The notes beneath the pieces were generated by a model. The model ran no database searches, was not told the DNA's origin, and was given only the letters and a program-made list of their open reading frames with translations. DNA of 64,000 bases from Candidatus Thorarchaeota archaeon (GTDB taxonomy: Archaea; Asgardarchaeota; Thorarchaeia; Thorarchaeales; Thorarchaeaceae), in the NCBI GenBank assembly GCA_016933575.1, contig JAFGAR010000028.1:192001-256000 (forward strand). The letters are read 5' to 3'. Numbering within the stretch: the stretch's first letter is position 1; each line of letters begins with the position of its first letter. Position numbers and translations under genes: made by a program. Below, one piece after another: positions 59,069 to 64,000 of the stretch.

Positions 59069-61207
59069 GTGAATGTATTGAAAGGACCCCCAAAAACGAA
59101 ACATAAGGAAATCAAAGATATCTTTGACAAAGCATCCGAAGATTTGAAGAATTTATCCAAGGGAAAGAAGATATCTGCGGGAGAAGGTCCTTTTGGAGAA
59201 TCACAAGAATACATCATCTTTGAGTTGGCCAAGGCAACAAATCAATCGACTGAGAATCTAGCTATTGCTTCAATAGCCAATGACCTGCTCCTAGAAATCT
59301 ATAGAGATATTCGAGATGAACCCAAACCTGAGGATATTATTTCTGCAATGAACCTGTGTCTCTATGGTTTGATCTTTGGTAACTACGACGAGGAAGATTT
59401 CCGATATGTCTACAGATATTCACTGAGATATGTAAGAAATCAAGCTCCAATAGAGAAGTGGTTACGAAAAGCTTTGCTCTTCTTAGCAGCGGTCAATAAT
59501 GACGGGTTATCCGATATTCTCAAAGAGGCCCGTTTCTGGATTCAATTCCTCGGAGCGCCGCTATTTGGTACAGCGTCATTTGTTGAGCCAGGCTCCGAAC
59601 TCGGATTCGATATCCAATCAATAGTGGACTCAGAAGAATATCGGCTTGTTGATGCAGTAACTCGACATCCACAGTACCTCAAAGAAGCAATACAGAATAG
59701 GTCATTCTTTGATGCATATCAGGCTTTAGAAGAATGGGCACCTGATGTGATTCTCCAGCAACTCCTAAAAACCAAAAGAGAAGAAGTATACAGTAAGGGA
59801 CAGGATGATATCACTCCTGCTATGTCAGTAGAAGATGCAGTCAAATCAATGACCAAGGTATTTGAAAAAGAAGAATTCAGAACCAGCAAACAGACAGTCC
59901 TTCCAGTGAAACTACAAGAACTCTCGAAACCACCACCGGGAGAAGCTGTTGATCCTGTCATTTTCGAACTCATACCTCAAAAGCTCAGAATGGGATTGCT
60001 ACCAGCTGTAGCTTATTCAACGAAGACTAAACAGATCGAGATCATCTTTCTTGGAGGACCTCGAATAGGAAGAAGCGGGATTCTGATCAAAACAGACACG
60101 AGCGGCATATTGCTTGACTTTGGGCTCTCCGTTGCAAATCATCGAATTCCTGAATGGGTTCCCGAACTTGAGATGGTCGATACTATCTTGATAAGTCATG
60201 CACATCTTGATCATGTCGGTGGACTTCCGGTTCTGTACGAAGATTTCGTAGGAAAATGGTGCTCTGTGGGGCCAACTGGAGGAATCACAAAAGTCCTACT
60301 TGACGATGCTTTGAAAGTGGGTACTCCTTTTCCTCCGCGAAAACACAATCCTCTTGATCTCATTTCGAGATACAACGAAACCAATATACAGAAAGTGATG
60401 AAGAATCATGTCAAGCTTGAGTATGGAATAAGCAGTGAGGTAGGACCGGGGATTGTGGTCACTCCCATTGATGCATGTCATATTCCAGGTAGTGCAGTCT
60501 ATTCTATTGACATAGAAGGCGTTAAAATCCTATACACAGGTGATTTCAATATCGATAAGTCAATCTTGTTCTCTGGAGCAAATCTACCAACAGATGCAGA
60601 CTATGTCATCTTTGATGGAACATACTATGGCAGAGAGGACTTCAATAGAGAAAAAGTTGCAGACCGATTGAGTAAGACCATTGCAACACATGGTCCCATT
60701 GTCATCCCAAGCTTTGCGGTGGGAAGATCGCAAGAGATCCTGATGATACTAGATGAGCTTGGGATAACTAAGAATAGGAATGTTATGGTCACCGGTATGG
60801 CTGAACAGGTCACCAAATTAGTGGGGGTCTCTGGAAACTGGGACAGCATGAAGAAGAATCAGATTCATCTTGAAGATGATGATGTTCTAGTAGCAGGAGG
60901 CGGGATGATGAGTGGAGGGCTTGCAAGACAGCACTTCAATGAACAGCGAGACAATCCAAAAGCTGCGATCATTCTGTGTGGGTATCTAGCACCAAGAACA
61001 TCGGGATGGAATCTTCTCCATGGATATGAACCTCATGAGTGTGCTGTTGAATATGCTAGACTAAGCGCACATTCATCCTCATCAAATTTGGAGGCATATG
61101 TCGATTCTTGCAAAGGAAAACGCTACATGGTCCATACGCCAGTCTTTTCTCAACCAAAGGGAATTACTATTCCAGATTATAAAGAGAGAGTTGTTATACA
61201 AACTTGA
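59069..61207 (+). CDS. MBL/beta-CASP ribonuclease-like protein with ~320-aa N-terminal extension
   Basis: SHAHLDHVG, CHIPGS, YTGDF, PSFAVGRSQE, GMMSGG, CGYLA, LSAH, MVH. Confidence 0.87.
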   Translation: MNVLKGPPKTKHKEIKDIFDKASEDLKNLSKGKKISAGEGPFGESQEYIIFELAKATNQSTENLAIASIANDLLLEIYRDIRDEPKPEDIISAMNLCLYGLIFGNYDEEDFRYVYRYSLRYVRNQAPIEKWLRKALLFLAAVNNDGLSDILKEARFWIQFLGAPLFGTASFVEPGSELGFDIQSIVDSEEYRLVDAVTRHPQYLKEAIQNRSFFDAYQALEEWAPDVILQQLLKTKREEVYSKGQDDITPAMSVEDAVKSMTKVFEKEEFRTSKQTVLPVKLQELSKPPPGEAVDPVIFELIPQKLRMGLLPAVAYSTKTKQIEIIFLGGPRIGRSGILIKTDTSGILLDFGLSVANHRIPEWVPELEMVDTILISHAHLDHVGGLPVLYEDFVGKWCSVGPTGGITKVLLDDALKVGTPFPPRKHNPLDLISRYNETNIQKVMKNHVKLEYGISSEVGPGIVVTPIDACHIPGSAVYSIDIEGVKILYTGDFNIDKSILFSGANLPTDADYVIFDGTYYGREDFNREKVADRLSKTIATHGPIVIPSFAVGRSQEILMILDELGITKNRNVMVTGMAEQVTKLVGVSGNWDSMKKNQIHLEDDDVLVAGGGMMSGGLARQHFNEQRDNPKAAIILCGYLAPRTSGWNLLHGYEPHECAVEYARLSAHSSSSNLEAYVDSCKGKRYMVHTPVFSQPKGITIPDYKERVVIQT

Positions 61208-61219
61208 TTCAAGATTGGA

Positions 61220-63172
61220 TTAGGATACTATTTGGAGTACGCCATCTAGGACCAATTTTGTTGCAACAAATTTCATTGCAGGAAGACTGACATTAAGTTT
61301 CCTCACAACATCCTCCAGTGAGGTCAATCCATCACACAAGTCAACAAATTTTAAAACAACCGGTCCATAGGCTTTCTCGGTCTCTTCATCCACACGACCA
61401 ATCTTCTTGAGATAGCTCGTAGGTCCAATCTCGACTTTGAAATCAATCCAACCGTAAAAGTTTAGGATCTGAAGGCTTCCAATCACAGTTTCACGAGGAA
61501 GATCAAGACTACGTACTAGACCACCAACAGTATCGTTCTGTTCAATTGCGCTCTGAACTTCTACAACTGCAGACCCAACTTTTCGATTATTGAATGGCAA
61601 TGGTCTGCCAGCCTCACGCGCACGAACAATATAGTCAAGACTAACAGGGCGTAGAGGTACCTTTGATAGGACATCAAAGATGGACGACTCAAAGATGGAC
61701 TGGTCTCCATTCCAGGTCTCCCAAACATCATCAAACTGGTGTTCAATATCGATAAGCAGTGAATTCAAGATACTGCGTTGTTCTTTTTCCTCGCTGTCAT
61801 TAGTCACAATCAGAGCCATCACGAGATGCTTGGATTTCTCAACCATAACGAGATTTCCTTCATGTTCGATGGTCTCCAGCGCATTTGTTGAGATGCCATC
61901 AGTCTCTCTACCATCGATGCCACCAAAGGAGTCGAGTGCGGAGATAAGAGATGCAATAGCATTCTTGTCAATCTCCTCATCAGAATAATTGAGGTGATAT
62001 ACGACCTCTGGGAGACCTTCTTTTGTAACAATAAGCATTAGATGAAGGACCTCAGAATGCTCAGGTACGACTTCAGCTACAAGACCAGCATCAGTGGACA
62101 CCACAGTATCAGTGGTCGGATTGGTCTTGGTAGTTGTCTGTTTTGTTCCTTGTGCCATCTCTGTCGATGTGCTTCCGGGTTTTAGTCCTGTGGGATCGTA
62201 CGGTACATCTTCAAAACCAGTCTCTTGAGCCTGAGCTTGTTTCTCGGCTGTTCCGGGTTGCCCCATCTCCTCGGTACCCCTTCGGACTGTGATCATCTCA
62301 CTAATAGGTAGGTCAGGAAGAGTGACTCCAACGGTCTTTGCAGCAACTTCAAGCATTAACCTGATGAACTCTTCACGACGGGTCTTATCTGTTGCAACCA
62401 TCTGGAACGTTGGTGCTCCAAGCAGTCGTTTGATCTTCTCTGCCTTCATCGACTCAGGAAGGTCCTGTTTGTTCGCAATAATGAAGAGGGGTACTGCTGG
62501 TGCTTCTTTCTTGATATTTCGTAAGAGGGATTTGGTCTGCATGACATTTCTGAAGCTTGAATCAGTGACCAAGAAGATAACGTCAGTCCCAGAGAAGTAG
62601 AAACTCCAGAGATCTTGAAAAACAGCCTGTCCAGCGAAGTCCCAGATTGTTACAAGAAAAGTGCCGAACTGTATCGTTTCAGACGAGTCTACGGCCACAT
62701 TGATGGTGGGAGTGTATCCGCCGGGGGCTGGTTCTTTACCGAATAATAGACGTAGCAGAGTAGACTTGCCAACACCACCAGAGCCTACAAAGGATATCTT
62801 GAACCTTGTGAAGATGAGCTCTCCAAGGATGTCGTCAAGATTGTCGCGAATGTACCCAATACTGTTACCACGTAAAGCAATGGAGATTCTTGCAGCACCT
62901 TCGCGTACACGATGCTGTATGACTCGGTCCTCATCACGACCATCAGTGACAAAGAGAAGTAGCATCTCACCATCCACTTCAGCATGAAAGACCTTGTGTT
63001 TTTCAGCGACAAAGACAGGTATATCAGAAGCAAGACCTTCAGTAGTAGTAAGGTCTCGATAGCCTGCAAGGAAATCACTGATGTCATGTTCAAGAAAGTC
63101 GATCTTCCAGAACCTAGTTCGCACTACAACGTTGCCATCATCTTTGCCAATCAGCAATACGTTGTGAATCAT
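61220..63172 (-). CDS. Longin - small GTPase - linker - longin - tandem winged-helix (NPRL2-like) protein
   Basis: G1 GSGGVGKST, G2 YTPT, G3 WDFAGQ, G4 NKQD; longin patterns at both ends; C-terminal LQILNFYGWI and LCDGLTSLEDV. Confidence 0.88.
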   Translation of the reverse strand: MIHNVLLIGKDDGNVVVRTRFWKIDFLEHDISDFLAGYRDLTTTEGLASDIPVFVAEKHKVFHAEVDGEMLLLFVTDGRDEDRVIQHRVREGAARISIALRGNSIGYIRDNLDDILGELIFTRFKISFVGSGGVGKSTLLRLLFGKEPAPGGYTPTINVAVDSSETIQFGTFLVTIWDFAGQAVFQDLWSFYFSGTDVIFLVTDSSFRNVMQTKSLLRNIKKEAPAVPLFIIANKQDLPESMKAEKIKRLLGAPTFQMVATDKTRREEFIRLMLEVAAKTVGVTLPDLPISEMITVRRGTEEMGQPGTAEKQAQAQETGFEDVPYDPTGLKPGSTSTEMAQGTKQTTTKTNPTTDTVVSTDAGLVAEVVPEHSEVLHLMLIVTKEGLPEVVYHLNYSDEEIDKNAIASLISALDSFGGIDGRETDGISTNALETIEHEGNLVMVEKSKHLVMALIVTNDSEEKEQRSILNSLLIDIEHQFDDVWETWNGDQSIFESSIFDVLSKVPLRPVSLDYIVRAREAGRPLPFNNRKVGSAVVEVQSAIEQNDTVGGLVRSLDLPRETVIGSLQILNFYGWIDFKVEIGPTSYLKKIGRVDEETEKAYGPVVLKFVDLCDGLTSLEDVVRKLNVSLPAMKFVATKLVLDGVLQIVS

Positions 63173-63255
63173 CTATTTCTCACGCTCTATGTTCAAGAAT
63201 TCCTCATTATTCTAGGTTATCTATCTTTCTCGCTCGTTTCAAGCTTATTATGTTA

Positions 63256-63999
63256 TCATTTCTCCTTTAGAGAAACAAATCCTCGTTTATGCAACTCAGC
63301 GAAGACTTTGACAAGCACGCTGGGCTGCACTCCCATTGCATTTGATATACTCTGGATAGTTACTTCACCATCAACGAACTTCAATATTTCTTCTAGGTTG
63401 GCATAGAGTGCCAGTGTTTCTTCATCAGTCTCCTTGATTAATGTTGGTACGTCATCTATTGAAACTCTAAGCTGGCAATCGATTGCATCCAATCTCTTGA
63501 GAAGATGAATGGCTCCAAGGATTAATTCGGGACCTTTTCCAGGTGCCAGACGAGCCATCGTAATTGACCCATCCAATCGGGTCCACACAGCTTCGAGGAA
63601 ATCCCCAACAGAAGCGTGTTCAAACCTGTCCCAGACAAGAGCTCGTTTTTGCCGTGGGGCTACTCTTTTTGGTATGTCTTCTGGAGGAAGTGTTGCCAGT
63701 AATTTTATGGTGAAGAGAGGCGACCTGAACAGGTCAGTCGGATCTTCCGAGACCTCAGGAACCTCATCAGTGAACAACTCTGGGAGGAATGAGAATCGTG
63801 TACGAAGAGACTCTACATCAGCATCCTTTCCAGTGATTAGAGTAAAGACATATTCATCACGTTCAATCGTAATATAGCTCAGATCACCCGTTCTGAAGAC
63901 CGAGGTCTCTGCGGATTTAGAGGTATCAATCCTGAAGGAGGTTATAGCGGCGACAATGTTTGGGGACATTTCAAGAAATCGTGAACGCTCCTGATAGTA
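63256..63999 (-). CDS. Longin + tandem winged-helix (NPRL2/3-like) protein; 5' end beyond the window
   Basis: Frame open to window edge (YYQERSRFLEMSPN); IVAAITSF..YITIER..YVFTLIT longin; RLDGSITM and FVDGEVTIQSI..LHKRGFV winged helices. Confidence 0.8.
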   Translation of the reverse strand, partial: YYQERSRFLEMSPNIVAAITSFRIDTSKSAETSVFRTGDLSYITIERDEYVFTLITGKDADVESLRTRFSFLPELFTDEVPEVSEDPTDLFRSPLFTIKLLATLPPEDIPKRVAPRQKRALVWDRFEHASVGDFLEAVWTRLDGSITMARLAPGKGPELILGAIHLLKRLDAIDCQLRVSIDDVPTLIKETDEETLALYANLEEILKFVDGEVTIQSISNAMGVQPSVLVKVFAELHKRGFVSLKEK

Positions 64000-64000
64000 G

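Noticed and set aside
103-63877. Numerous 60-170 aa ORFs antisense or out of frame within larger genes
   Set aside because: Shadow ORFs of well-supported CDS, with no motifs or translation signals

Overview
Gene-dense archaeal chromosomal segment. Archaeal TATA/SD signals, Sec11, longin-fused small GTPase, PCI-like domains and Thor-type Ig repeats suggest an Asgard archaeon, most likely Thorarchaeia (inference). About 43 CDS; no rRNA, tRNA, CRISPR, transposase or integrase was recognised. The flanks hold housekeeping and metabolic genes (radical SAM/SPASM, GNATs, hybrid histidine kinase, MFS, Na/Pi symporter, aspA, ggt, sec11, pirin, kbl, Ca/H antiporter, ppa, nadA, NAD kinase-HTH, beta-CASP nuclease). 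The centre (27.3-50.8 kb) is a cell-surface locus: two tandem lectin-TM-PCI/winged-helix receptor-like genes, an orphan gene, a TrmB-like regulator and a 5834-aa secreted protein (clostripain + CARDB + three FG-GAP propellers + Ig/OmpL47 arrays + a ZU5/GPS-like module with an H-L-S autoproteolysis motif). Main leads: (1) a longin-GTPase-longin-NPRL2-like gene next to a second longin/NPRL-like gene (GATOR1/Rag-like module); (2) the giant protein and its locus; (3) two promoter-bearing structured intergenic RNAs sharing an exposed anti-Shine-Dalgarno ACUC(n)UCC motif; (4) two genes apparently starting at ATT behind perfect SD sites; (5) a NAD-kinase-HTH with an altered active-site motif divergent from nadA. 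All family calls come from motif recognition by eye; no searches were run.
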